From Nemertoderma westbladi (lineage: Eukaryota; Animalia; Xenacoelomorpha): a stretch of 43,273 nucleotides of DNA. Position 1 is the stretch's first letter, and each line of letters starts with the position of its first letter. The notes beneath the pieces are model-generated. The model did not search any database. It saw only the letters and a program-made list of their open reading frames with translations, and had not been told where the DNA came from. Positions 23,531 through 36,441 of this stretch are shown here, piece after piece. The position numbers and the translations under genes were made by a program. The stretch covers positions 1 to 43,273 of the forward strand of contig JAUCBJ010007726.1 in assembly GCA_032718475.1 (NCBI GenBank), written 5' to 3'.

Positions 23531-26500
23531 TTGATGCTCACTCCATTACGCAGACGTAGAGCCGTATGGAACTAATGATTGAAGCTCGCTCCATTGCGTA
23601 GGGCCGTATGGAACTAATGATTGAAGCTCACTCCATTGCGTAGGGCCGTATGGAACTAATGATTGAAGCTCACTCCATTACGCAGACGTAGAGCCGTATG
23701 GAACTAATGATTGAAGCTTACTCCATTGCGTAGAGCCGTATGGAACTAATGATTGAAGCTCACTCCATTACGTAGAGCCGTATGGAACTAATGATTGAAG
23801 CTCACTCCATTGCGTAGAGCCGTATGGAACTAATGATTGAAGCTCACTCCATTACGCAGACGTAGAGCCGTATGGAACTAATGATTGAAGCTTACTCCAT
23901 TGCGTAGAGCCGTATGGAACTAATGATTGAAGCTCACTCCATTACGTAGAGCCGTATGGAACTAATGATTGAAGCTCACTCCATTACGTAGAGCCGTATG
24001 GAACTAATGATTGAAGCTCGCTCCATTGCGTAGGGCCGTATGGAACTAATGATTGAAGCTCATTCCATTACGCAGACGTAGAGCCGTATGGAACTAATGA
24101 TTGAAGCTTACTCCATTGCGTAGAGCCGTATGGAACTAATGATTGAAGCTCACTCCATTACGTAGAGCCGTATGGAACTAATGATTGAAGCTCACTCCAT
24201 TGCGTAGAGCCGTATGGAACTAATGATTGAAGCTCACTCCATTGCGTAGAGCCGTATGGAACTAATGATTGAAGCTCACTCCATTGCGTAGGGCCGTATG
24301 GAACTAGTGATTGAAGCTTACTCCATTGCGTAGAGCCGTATGGAACTAATGATTGAAGCTCACTCCATTGCGTAGGGCCGTATGGAACTAGTGATTGAAG
24401 CTCACTCCATTACGTAGAGCCGTATGGAACTAATGATTGAAGCTCACCCCATTACGTAGAGCCGTATGGAACTAATGATTGAAGCTCACTCCATTACGTA
24501 GAGCCGTATGGAACTAATGATTGAAGCTCACTCCATTGCGTAGAGCCGTATGGAACAAATGATTGAAGCTCACCCCATTGCGTAGAGCCTTATGGAACTA
24601 ATGATTGAAGCTCACTCCATTGCGTAGAGCCGTATGGAACTAATGATTGAAGCTCACTCCATTGCGTAGAGCCGTATGGAACTAATGATTGAAGCTCGCT
24701 CCATTGCGTAGGGCCGTATGGAACTAATGATTGGAGCTCACTCCATTACGCAGACGTAGAGCCGTATGGAACTAATGATTGAAGCTCACTCCATTGCGTA
24801 GAGCCGTATGGAACTAATGATTGAAGCTCACCCCATTGCGTAGAGCCGTATGGAACTAATGATTGAAGCTCACCCCATTGCGTAGAGCCGTATGGAACTA
24901 ATGATTGAAGCTCACTCCATTACGCAGACGTAGAACCGTATGGAACTAATGATCGAAGCTCACTCCATTGCGTAGAGCCGTATGGAACTAATGATTGAAG
25001 CTCACTCCATTGCGTAGATCCGTATGGAACTAATGATTGAAGCTTACTCCATTGCGTAGGGCCGTATGGAACTAGTGATTGAAGCTCACTCCATTACGTA
25101 GAGCCGTATGGAAATAATGATTGAAGCTCACCCCATTGCGTAGAGCCGTATGGAACTAATGATTGAAGCTCACCCCATTGCGTAGAGCCGTATGGAACTA
25201 ATGATTGAAGCTCACTCCATTGCGTAGAGCCGTATGGAACTAATGATTGAAGCTCACTCCATTGCGTAGGGCCGTATGGAACTAATGATTGAAGCTCACT
25301 CCATTGCGTAGAGCCGTATGGAACTAATGATTGAAGCTCGCTCCATTGCGTAGGGCCGTATGGAACTAATGATTGGAGCTCACTCCATTACGCAGACGTA
25401 GAGCCGTATGGAACTAATGATTGAAGCTCACTCCATTGCGTAGAGCCGTATGGAACTAATGATTGAAGCTCACCCCATTGCGTAGAGCCGTATGGAACTA
25501 ATGATTGAAGCTCACCCCATTGCGTAGAGCCGTATGGAACTAATGATTGAAGCTCACTCCATTACGCAGACGTAGAACCGTATGGAACTAATGATCGAAG
25601 CTCACTCCATTGCGTAGAGCCGTATGGAACTAATGATTGAAGCTCACTCCATTGCGTAGAGCCGTATGGAACTAATGATTGAAGCTCACCCCATTGCGTA
25701 GAGCCGTATGGAACTAATGATTGAAGCTCACTCCATTGCGTAGAGCCGTATGGAACTAATGATTGAAGCTCACTCCATTGCGTAGAGCCGTATGGAACTA
25801 ATGATTGAAGCTCACTCTATTGCGTAGAGCCGTATGGAACTAATGATTGAAGCTCACTCCATTGCGTAGAGCCGTATGGAACTAATGATCGAAGCTCACT
25901 CCATTGCGTAGAGCCGTATGGAACTAATGATTGAAGCTCACTCCATTGCGTAGAGCCGTATGGAACTAATGATTGAAGCTCACTCCATTGCGTAGAGCCG
26001 TATGGAACTAATGATTGAACCTTACTCCATTGCGTAGGGCCGTATGGAACTAATGATTGAAGCTTACTCCATTGCGTAGGGCCGTATGGAACTAATGATT
26101 GAAGCTCACTCCATTGCGTAGAGCCGTATGGAACTAATGATTGAAGCTCACTCCATTGCGTAGAGCCGTATGGAACTAATGATTGAAGCTCACTCCATTG
26201 CGTAGAGCCGTATGGAACTAATGATTGAAGCTTACTCCATTGCGTAGAGCCGTATGGAACTAATGATTGAAGCTCACTCCATTACGTAGAGCCGTATGGA
26301 ACTAATGATCGAAGCTCACTCCATTGCGTAGAGCCGTATGGAACTAATGATTGAAGCTCACTCCATTGCGTAGAGCCGTATGGAACTAATGATTGAATCT
26401 CACCCCATTGCGTAGAGCCGTATGGAACTAATGATTGAAGCTCACTCCATTGCGTAGAGCCGTATGGAACTAATGATTGAAGCTCACTCCATTACGTAGA

Positions 26501-29500
26501 GCCGTATGGAACTAATGATTGAAGCTCACTCCATTGGGTAGAGCCGTATGGAACTAATGATCGAAGCTCACTCCATTGCGTAGAGCCGTATGGAACTAAT
26601 GATTGAAGCTTACTCCATTACGTAGAGCCGTATGGAACTAATGATCGAAGCTCACTCTATTGCGTAGAGCCGTATGGAACTAATGATTGAAGCTTACTCC
26701 ATTACGTAGAGCCGTATGGAACTAATGATTGGAGCTCACTCCATTGCGTAGAGCCGTATGGAACTAATGATTGAAGCCCACTCCATTGCGTAGAGCCGTA
26801 TGGAACTAATGATTGAAGCTTACTCCATTACGTAGAGCCGTATGGAACTAATGATTGAAGCTCACTCCATTACGTAGAGCCGTATTGAACTAATGATTGA
26901 AGCTCACTCACTCCATTGCGTAGAGCCGTATGGAACTAATGATTGAAGCTCACTCCATTGCGTAGAGCCGTATGGAACTAATGATTGAAGCTCACTCCAT
27001 TGCGTAGAGCCGTATGGAACTAATGATTGAAGCTCACTCCATTACGTAGAGCCATATGGAACTAATAATCGAAGCTCACTCCATTGCGTAGAGCCGTATG
27101 GAACTAATGATTGAAGCTCACTCCATTGCGTAAAGCTGTATGGAACTAATGATTGAAGCTCACCCCATTGCGTAGAGCCGTATGGAACTAATGATTGAAG
27201 CTCACTCCATTGCGTAGAGCCGTATGGAACTAATGATTGAAGCTTACTCCATTGCGTAGAGCCGTATGCAACTAATGATTGAAGCTCACTCCATTACGTA
27301 GAGCCGTATGGAACTAATGATCGAAGCTCACTCCATTGCGTAGAGCCGTATGGAACTAATGATTGAAGCTCACTCCATTGCGTAGAGCCGTATGGAACTA
27401 ATGATTGAAGCTCACTCCATTGCGTAGAGCCGTATGGAACTAATGATTGAAGCTCACTCCATTACGCAGACGTAGAACCGTATGGAACTAATGATCGAAG
27501 CTCACTCCATTGCGTAGAGCCGTATGGAACTAATGATTGAAGCTCACTCCATTGCGTAGAGCCGTATGGAACTAATGATTGAAGCTCACCCCATTGCGTA
27601 GAGCCGTATGGAACTAATGATTGAAGCTCACACCATTGCGTAGAGCCGTATGGAACTAATGATTGAAGCTCACTCCATTGCGTAGAGCCGTATGGAACTA
27701 ATGATTGAAGCTCACTCCATTGCGTAGAGCCGTATGGAACTAATGATTGAAGCTCACTCCATTGCGTAGAGCCGTATGGAACTAATGATTGAAGCTCACT
27801 CCATTGCGTAGAGCCGTATGGAACTAATGATTGAAGCTTACTCCATTGCGTAGAGCCGTATGCAACTAATGATTGAAGCTCACTCCATTACGTAGAGCCG
27901 TATGGAACTAATGATTGAAGCTCACTCCATTACGTAGAGCCGTATTGAACTAATGATTGAAGCTCACTCACTCCATTGCGTAGAGCCGTATGGAACTAAT
28001 GATTGAAGCTCACTCCATTACGTAGAGCCGTATGGAACTAATGATCGAAGCTCACTCCATTGCGTAGAGCCGTATGGAACTAATGATTGAAGCTCACTCC
28101 ATTGCGTATAGCTTTATGGAACTAATGATTGAAGCTCACCCCATTGCGTAGAGCCGTATGGAACTAATGATTGAAGCTCACTCCATTGCGTAGAGCCGTA
28201 TGGAACTAATGATTGAAGCTTACTCCATTGCGTAGAGCCGTATGCAAGTAATGATTGAAGCTCACTCCATTACGTAGAGCCGTATGGAACTAATGATTGA
28301 AGCTCACTCCATTATGTAGAGCCGTATGGAACTAATGATCGAAGCTCACTCCATTGCGTAGAGCCGTATGGAACTAATGATTGAAGCTCACTCCATTGCG
28401 TAGAGCTGTATGGAACTAATGATTGAAGCTCACCCCATTGCGTAGAGCCGTATGGAACTAATGATTGAAGCTCACTCCATTGCGTAGAGCCGTATGGAAC
28501 TAATGATTGAAGCTTACTCCATTGCGTAGAGCCGTATGCAACTAATGATTGAAGCTCACTCCATTGCGTAGAGCCGCATGGAACTAATGATTGAAGCTCA
28601 CTCCATTATGTAGAGCCGTATGGAACTAATGATCGAAGCTCACTCCATTGCGTAGAGCCGTATGGAACTAATGATTGAAGCTCACTCCATTGCGTAGAGC
28701 TGTATGGAACTAATGATTGAAGCTCACCCCATTGCGTAGAGCCGTATGGAACTAATGATTGAAGCTCACTCCATTGCGTAGAGCCGTATGGAACTAATGA
28801 TTGAAGCTTACTCCATTGCGTAGAGCCGTATGCAACTAATGATTGAAGCTCACTCCATTACGTAGAGCCGTATGGAACTAATGATCGAAGCTCACTACAT
28901 TGCGTAGAGCCGTATGGAACTAATGATTGAAGATCACTCCATTGCGTAGAGCCGTATGGAACTAATGATTGAAGCTCACTCCATTACGTAGAGCCGTATG
29001 GAACTAATGATCGAAGCTCACTCCATTGCGTAGAGCCGTATGGAACTAATGATTGAAGCTCACTCCATTGCGTAGAGCCGTATGGAACTAATGATTGAAG
29101 CTCACTCCATTGCGTAGAGCCGTATGGAACTAATGATTGAAGCTCACTCCATTGCGTAGAGCCGTATGGAACTAATGATTGAAGCTCACTCCATTGCGTA
29201 GAGCCGTATGGAACTAATGATTGAAGCTCACTCCATTGCGTAGAGCTGTATGGAACTAATGATTGAAGCTCACTCCATTACGTAGAGCCGTATGGAACTA
29301 ATGATTGAAGCTTACTCCATTGCGTAGAGCCGTATGGAACTAATGATTGAAACTCACTCCATTGCGTAGAGCCGTATGGAACTAATGATTGAAGCCCACT
29401 CCATTGCGTAGAGCCGTATGGAACTAATGATTGAAGCTTACTCCATTACGTAGAGCCGTATGGAACTAATGATTGAAGCTCACTCCATTACGTAGAGCCG

Positions 29501-32034
29501 TATTGAACTAATGATTGAAGCTTACTCCATTGCGTAGAGCCGTATGCAACTAATGATTGAAGCTCACTCCATTGCGTAGAGCCGCATGGAACTAATGATT
29601 GAAGCTCACTCCATTATGTAGAGCCGTATGGAACTAATGATCGAAGCTCACTCCATTGCGTAGAGCCGTATGGAACTAATGATTGAAGCTCACTCCATTG
29701 CGTAGAGCTGTATGGAACTAATGATTGAAGCTCACCCCATTGCGTAGAGCCGTATGGAACTAATGATTGAAGCTTACTCCATTGCGTAGAGCCGTATGCA
29801 ACTAATGATTGAAGCTCACTCCATTACGTAGAGCCGTATGGAACTAATGATTGAAGCTCACTCCATTATGTTGAGCCGTATGGAACTAATGATCGAAGCT
29901 CACTCCATTGCGTAGAGCCGTATGGAACTAATGATTGAAGCTCACTCCATTGCGTAGAGCTGTATGGAACTAATGATTGAAGCTCACCCCATTGCGTAGA
30001 GCCGTATGGAACTAATGATTGAAGCTCACTCCATTGCGTAGAGCCGTATGGAACTAATGATTGAAGCTTACTCCATTGCGTAGAGCCGTATGCAACTAAT
30101 GATTGAAGCTCACTCCATTGCGTAGAGCCGCATGGAACTAATGATTGAAGCTCACTCCATTATGTAGAGCCGTATGGAACTAATGATCGAAGCTCACTCC
30201 ATTGCGTAGAGCCGTATGGAACTAATGATTGAAGCTCACTCCATTGCGTAGAGCTGTATGGAACTAATGATTGAAGCTCACCCCATTGCGTAGAGCCGTA
30301 TGGAACTAATGATTGAAGCTCACTCCATTGCGTAGAGCCGTATGGAACTAATGATTGAAGCTTACTCCATTGCGTAGAGCCGTATGCAACTAATGTTTGA
30401 AGCTCACTCCATTACGTAGAGCCGTATGGAACTAATGATCGAAGCTCACTCCATTGCGTAGAGCCGTATGGAACTAATGATTGAAGATCACTCCATTGCG
30501 TAGAGCCGTATGGAACTAATGATTGAAGCTCACTCCATTGCGTAGAGCCGTATGGAACTAATGATTGAAGCTCACTCCATTACGTAGAGCCGTATGGAAC
30601 TAATGATCGAAGCTCACTCCATTGCGTAGAGCCGTATGGAACTAATGATTGAAGCTCACTCCATTGCGTAGAGCCGTATGGAACTAATGATTGAAGCTCA
30701 CTCCATTGCGTAGAGCCGTATGGAACTAATGATTGAAGCTCACTCCATTGCGTAGAGCCGTATGGAACTAATGATTGAAGCTCACTCCATTGCGTAGAGC
30801 CGTATGGAACTAATGATTGAAGCTCACTCCATTGCGTAGAGCTGTATGGAACTAATGATTGAAGCTCACTCCATTACGTAGAGCCGTATGGAACTAATGA
30901 TTGAAGCTTACTCCATTGCGTAGAGCCGTATGGAACTAATGATTGAAACTCACTCCATTGCGTAGAGCCGTATGCAACTAATGATTGAAGCCCACTCCAT
31001 TGCGTAGAGCCGTATGGAACTAATGATTGAAGCTTACTCCATTACGTAGAGCCGTATGGAACTAATGATTGAAGCTCACTCCATTACGTAGAGCCGTATT
31101 GAACTAATGATTGAAGCTCACTCACTCCATTGCGTAGAGCCGTATGGAACTAATGATTGAAGCTCACTCCATTACGTAGAGCCGTATGGAACTAATGATC
31201 GAAGCTCACTCCATTGCGTAGAGCCGTATGGAACTAATGATTGAAGCTCACTCCATTGCGTAGAGCTTTATGGAACTAATGATTGAAGCTCACCCCATTG
31301 CGTAGAGCCGTATGGAACTAATGATTGAAGCTCACTCCATTGCGTAGAGCCGTATGGAACTAATGATTGAAGCTTACTCCATTGCGTAGAGCCGTATGCA
31401 ACTAATGATTGAAGCTCACTCCATTACGTAGAGCCGTATGGAACTAATGATCGAAGCTCACTCCATTGCGTAGAGCCGTATGGAACTAATGATTGAAGCT
31501 CACTCCATTGCGTAGAGCCGTATGGAACTAATGATTGAAGCTCACTCCATTGCGTAGAGCCGTATGGAACTAATGATTGAAGCTCACTCCATTACGTAGA
31601 GCCGTATGGAACTAATGATCGAAGCTCACTCCATTGCGTAGAGCCGTATGGAACTAATGATTGAAGCTCACTCCATTGCGTAGAGCCGTATGGAACTAAT
31701 GATTGAAGCTCACTCCATTGCGTAGAGCCGTATGGAACTAATGATTGAAGCTCACTCCATTGCGTAGAGCCGTATGGAACTAATGATTGAAGCTCACTCC
31801 ATTGCGTAGAGCCGTATGGAACTAATGATTGAAGCTCACTCCATTGCGTAGAGCTGTATGGAACTAATGATTGAAGCTCACTCCATTACGTAGAGCCGTA
31901 TGGAACTAATGATTGAAGCTTACTCCATTGCGTAGAGCCGTATGGAACTAATGATTGAAGCTCACTCCATTGCGTAGAGCCGTATGGAACTAATGATTGA
32001 AGCTTACTCCATTGCGTAGAGCTGTATGGAACTA
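23531..32034. repeat. 42-bp tandem satellite, left block (~200 units)
   Basis: Consensus GAGCCGTATGGAACTAATGATTGAAGCTCACTCCATTGCGTA repeated head-to-tail, with 46- and 48-bp variants. Confidence 0.97.
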
Positions 32035-32070
32035 CTACTAGGATCGGCATGCTGCATTGCAGCTGCATTT

Positions 32071-35000
32071 TTAAGAATGCTGTGCCGGCTTGTCAACAAA
32101 ATTGCACCGCCACAACTCCCTATCACCCATGACATTTGCTAGATCATCCGCATCTTCAAGGCCAGTGTCCTTTAAGATGCGTCTCAAGAAAGTCATGGGC
32201 TGTCCACCATGCTTATTCACTCCATGAGGCTGCCAAAGTACAAGATTATGCACTGGCTGGTCCTCACGGCGAAAGCAATGTCCTGCAAAGCGGAGGCGAT
32301 TTTGTTTTAGTGTCAAGCTTGGGGGAACCAATGAGACACCTCCAATGTTATATAGTGTCTGGTTGGAGATGTGTGCATTGTACTTGACACAATGAACCCG
32401 GCGTAGCATTCTTGTGAATGTGCCATCCAGAGATTTGGTGTCCTCAGCAGTTAGAGCCCAGCATGGACTCCCGTAGAGGAGTACTGGAACTACTGCTGCT
32501 CTAAATAATCGGACCTTAAGTTTCCGATTAATTCTCGGTGACTTCCAAATCCTGGAAAGGCTATACAAGGCTGCCCATGCCTTTCCCTTACGTATTCGAA
32601 GGTCCTCACCTGACTTCCGGATCCATGATCCCAGGTTACAGAAGTCGTCCACATGCTCAAGCATACCATCCTTTGAGCTTATGCTCATCCGATCAGAGAC
32701 TTGCTGAGGACTTTCAAAGTTAACTGTCAAAATGTTGGTCTTTCCGGAGTTAATAAAAAGACCAACACTAGAAGCAGCATGTTCTAATGAGCTGAGGAGC
32801 CGTTGGGCTCCCTCTAGTGATTCTGAGAGTACTCCTAAGTCATCAGCAAAGTCCAGATCAGTTAGGTACTTGGCAGGATTTCCTCGACTTCTGGAGCCAG
32901 TAGGTGGAGTTATCATCACCCCATCATCATTATGATGATCTAAGGACATGCGTAGAACATAGTCAACAACAATAATGAACAAGAATGGTGCAAGTGTGTC
33001 TCCTTGGAGGACGCCCCATAACACTTCAAATGGTTCTGTGTCACCGTCAACAGTAGACACAAATGTTGTCGAACCATCGTATACTGATCTTATTGCTGCA
33101 ATAATTTCATCAGGAATCCCATATAATGAAAGTATGCTGAACATACGTGAGCGAGAGACTGCATCAAAGGCCTTGAAGAAGTCAACAAAGATAACAGCCA
33201 GATGCCTGTCTTTCTTTTTTTTGATAATTCTTCAATTATCCTTCTAAGTGCCAAAATGGGCTCCATGGTACCACGACCTTTACGGAACCCATTCTGATTT
33301 CCACGGAGCAGTCTCTCAATGGGATCCCTGATGCGATTTAATAGAATCCTATAGAATATATCTTCCTCAAATTCGGCGATCTAGTCGACCCAACTCCAAT
33401 AAAAGTCTCGCGGGGATTGAAACAGCAAACAGGGATCACTCATCTCACCTATCCTCTACAATCTTTACACCTCCAACATCTTAAGCAGAATAGAACATAG
33501 TAACCTCGGATGCCGAATTGACACATCCTGGCTTGGTACAGTGGCCTATGCTGACGATTACCTACTCCTGGGAACCTCGCTTAAATCCCTCGAGAAGATG
33601 TGCGACATACTCATACAGGAAGCTGCACAGGTATCCCTCCAAATCGACATGAAGAAAACAAAATGGACGATCCTAAACCGTAACTATATGACCCACAAGG
33701 AATGTTTCATTACAGTCAACGGATCACTAATCCAAATGTCGGACCATCTGAAATTCCTCGGACACAAACTGGGAAATTCTAACCCCGCTAGCAACCTCCA
33801 CGATGTTATCCAGACAATAGCCATGATGTCGCAAGTTTTCCATACCAAAGGATGGACAGCAAGGTGGCTCAACCTAGAGACCATCTTTAAGATGTGGAAC
33901 ACACTCGCCGTCCCTGTCATAATCTATAGATTAACTCTGACTATTGGATTCCTACGCCGAAAGGATATCGACAAACTCGACGCCTACCACCGCAAGGTGC
34001 AACGTGGCCTCTTACTTCTTGGGAACTATTTGGAGAATAATACACTCTATCTACTCTCAGGGACCCCACCATTATCGATCATTGCCTATCGGAGTTGCTA
34101 TAGAACCTTAGTTAGAACACTTGATTGCCCCAGTCTCGAGCTACAGTTACCTTTCCGCATTGCCTCACAACTCAACATGGGTAACTCCCACTTACGTAAG
34201 GGAATTTCAAGTGGACATTCAATTATAAACTTCAAATACAGAACTACATCCATCACTGAGCGTATCTGCACTGCCAGCCCCTCACAAAATGATTTCCATA
34301 ATGCAAACTTCATACAGAACTGCTTCCGACTACAAAACACTAACATTAATCAAAAACGCGCCCGTATCATGGAATTCTATAATGTCAAATGAAAATGACA
34401 TGTCACACATCACCACCCACCTACTACCATGGCTCGCCCCACCACACTTTCGTGTACTCAGATTCTAACAGCTACCCTAGTCCATATATATTGTTATGTT
34501 ATTAACTGATATCTGTGCTTTGTTTCCTTTTTTATTTTATTTAATGCTTACTTACCCTTGTACAATTGTGCAATTTTACTATATCAAGTAAATTGATTAA
34601 AACAAATAAAATGAAATGAAAATGTATAGCTTTGCAGCAATCGAGATCAATGAGATTCCCCGAAAAGAACCATAGAGTGTTAGGTTGCCCTTCTTGGGAA
34701 CTGGCACCAACTTATTTGTTTTCATTTCTTGTGGGACTCTTGTTGTTCGGTACATGTCTACTACGATGGGATAGATGAGCTTTAAACACTCGGGTATTTT
34801 AAAGACCTCAGGGGGAACACCATCTACTCCACTGGCACGATTGGCCTTAATGCTCTTTGCAGCAGCCTTCACTTCTGCAAAGGAGATATCGCCAATGGGA
34901 ATATCTGGGAGTACAGACTCAGACACTTTTACTTCTATAAAGTTATCAGGCAATACCCTGTCATTATTGAGGAGCTTTTCAAAGTGGGCTTTCCAACCAT

Positions 35001-35167
35001 TGAGGCGATTGGCTGGTGATTCAGCCTTAACCTTGGTTGGTTGGCTTTTCCGCCCAGTAAGCAAGTTGATCGATTTCCATGCCTGGGATGATTGCCTGCT
35101 GTCGTCAGCATCATTGATGGCATCAACCTGTTGGTTTATTAGCTCCTGTAGATTAACAGAGTACTGC
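32071..35167 (-). pseudogene. RTE reverse transcriptase ORF, split by a nested insertion and a frameshift
   Basis: FRGISLISIAAKLY|NRILLNRI joins across 33353-34622. Motifs: QNGFRKGRGT, VDFFKAFDAV, GVLQGDTLAPFLF, DLDFADD, RLRFAGHCFRR, DRELWR. A frameshift lies in the T8 run at ~33215-33222. Confidence 0.9.
33353..34622 (+). mobile_element. 5'-truncated non-LTR retrotransposon (different clade) nested antisense in the RTE
   Basis: GLKQ/GSLISPILYNLYT (frameshifted by a 7-bp duplication at 33420-33432), YADD at 33547-33558, ORF 33541-34392 and an AT-rich tail ending AAATGAAATGAAAA. Clade not assigned. Confidence 0.85.
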
Positions 35168-36075
35168 CTGTATGGAACTAATGATTGAAGCTTACTCCAT
35201 TGCGTAGAGCCGTATGGAACTAATGATTGAAGCTCACTCCATTGCGTAGAGCCGTATGGAACTAATGATTGAAGCTTACTCCATTGCGTAGAGCCGTATG
35301 GAACTAATGATTGAAGCTCACTCCATTGCGTAGAGCCGTATGGAACTAATGATTGAAGCTCACTCCATTGCGTAGAGCCGTATGGAACTAATGATTGAAG
35401 CTTACTCCATTACGTAGAGCCGCATGGAACTAATGATTGAAGCTTACTCCATTGCGTAGAGCCGTATGGAACTAATGATTGAAGCTCACTCCATTGCGTA
35501 GAGCCGTATGGAACTAATGATTGAAGCTTACTCCATTGCGTAGAGCCGTATGGAACTAATGATTGAAGCTCACTCCATTGCGTAGAGCCGTATGGAACTA
35601 ATGATTGAAGCTCACTCCATTGCGTAGAGCTGTATGGAACTAATGATTGAAGCTCACTCCATTGCGTAGAGCCGTATGGAACTAATGATTGAAGCTCACT
35701 CCATTGCGTAGAGCCGTATGGAACTAATGATTGAAGCTCACTCCATTGCGTAGAGCCGTATGGAACTAATGATTGAAGCTCACTCACTCCATTGCGTAGA
35801 GCTGTATGGAACTAATGATTGAAGCTCACTCCATTGCGTAGAGCCGTATGGAACTAATGATTGAAGCTCACTCCATTGCGTAGAGCCGTATGGAACTAAT
35901 GATTGAAGCTCGCTCCATTGCGTAGGGCCGTATGGAACTAATGATTGGAGCTCACTCCATTGCGTAGAGCCGTATGGAACTAATGATTGAAGCTCACTCC
36001 ATTGCGTAGAGCCGTATGGAACTAATGATTGAAGCTCACTCACTCCATTGCGTAGAACTGTATGGAACTAATGAT
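35168..36075. repeat. 42-bp tandem satellite, right block (~21 units)
   Basis: Same consensus, resuming in register after the RTE TSD. Confidence 0.97.
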
Positions 36076-36263
36076 AAACAGAGACCCTTCCGAGTTGTCA
36101 GCTCTTACTGACTCTCGATAAATATAAATCTAAACTTTGTATTACCCTATATTTAAATGGGAAAGAAGTCGAAATGATGCCGTTCGTGGCGTATCCATAA
36201 TTATAACTTCAGGGATAATGACTGTAGAAAGGGTCTAATGCCACGGTTAACGAAAACAGTTTC

Positions 36264-36307
36264 TATTTATATGGCCATTTCATCCTCACGGACGTCTTCA
36301 GTAAATA
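36264..36307 (-). ncRNA. Minimal type I hammerhead ribozyme motif (mirror copy)
   Basis: Exact reverse complement of 36398-36441. Confidence 0.7.
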
Positions 36308-36397
36308 AATTAAAATAACATTAAAACACAATTTATAAACATATTACGAAACATATTGTAATATGTTTATAAAGTGTGTTTTAATGTTATTTTAATT

Positions 36398-36441
36398 TAT
36401 TTACTGAAGACGTCCGTGAGGATGAAATGGCCATATAAATA
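36398..36441 (+). ncRNA. Minimal type I hammerhead ribozyme motif
   Basis: UAUUUA (stem I) CUGAAGA C GUCC-GUGA-GGAU (stem II) GAAA UGGCCA UA | UAAAUA (stem I'). Stem III region AUGGCCAU is palindromic. Confidence 0.7.

Larger units (their letters stand above)
32035..35167 (-). mobile_element. 5'-truncated RTE-clade LINE inserted in the satellite
   Basis: (TAG)n tail at 32032-32040, very short 3' UTR, and a 13-bp TSD CTGTATGGAACTA at 32022-32034 and 35168-35180. Confidence 0.92.

Noticed and set aside
23531-32034. Hammerhead/retrozyme in the satellite monomer (CTAATGA resembles CTGATGA)
   Set aside because: The core G is missing, and there is no GAAA box or stems I-III.
35410-36043. Repeat-protein ORFs (SELQSLVPYGSTQW)n in the satellite
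   Set aside because: They arise because 42 is a multiple of 3. A frequent variant creates TAA stops and 46-bp units shift the frame.
23531-36075. CRISPR-like array associated with a reverse transcriptase
   Set aside because: Units are head-to-tail with no unique spacers and there are no cas genes. The RTs are ordinary LINE insertions, one with a TSD.
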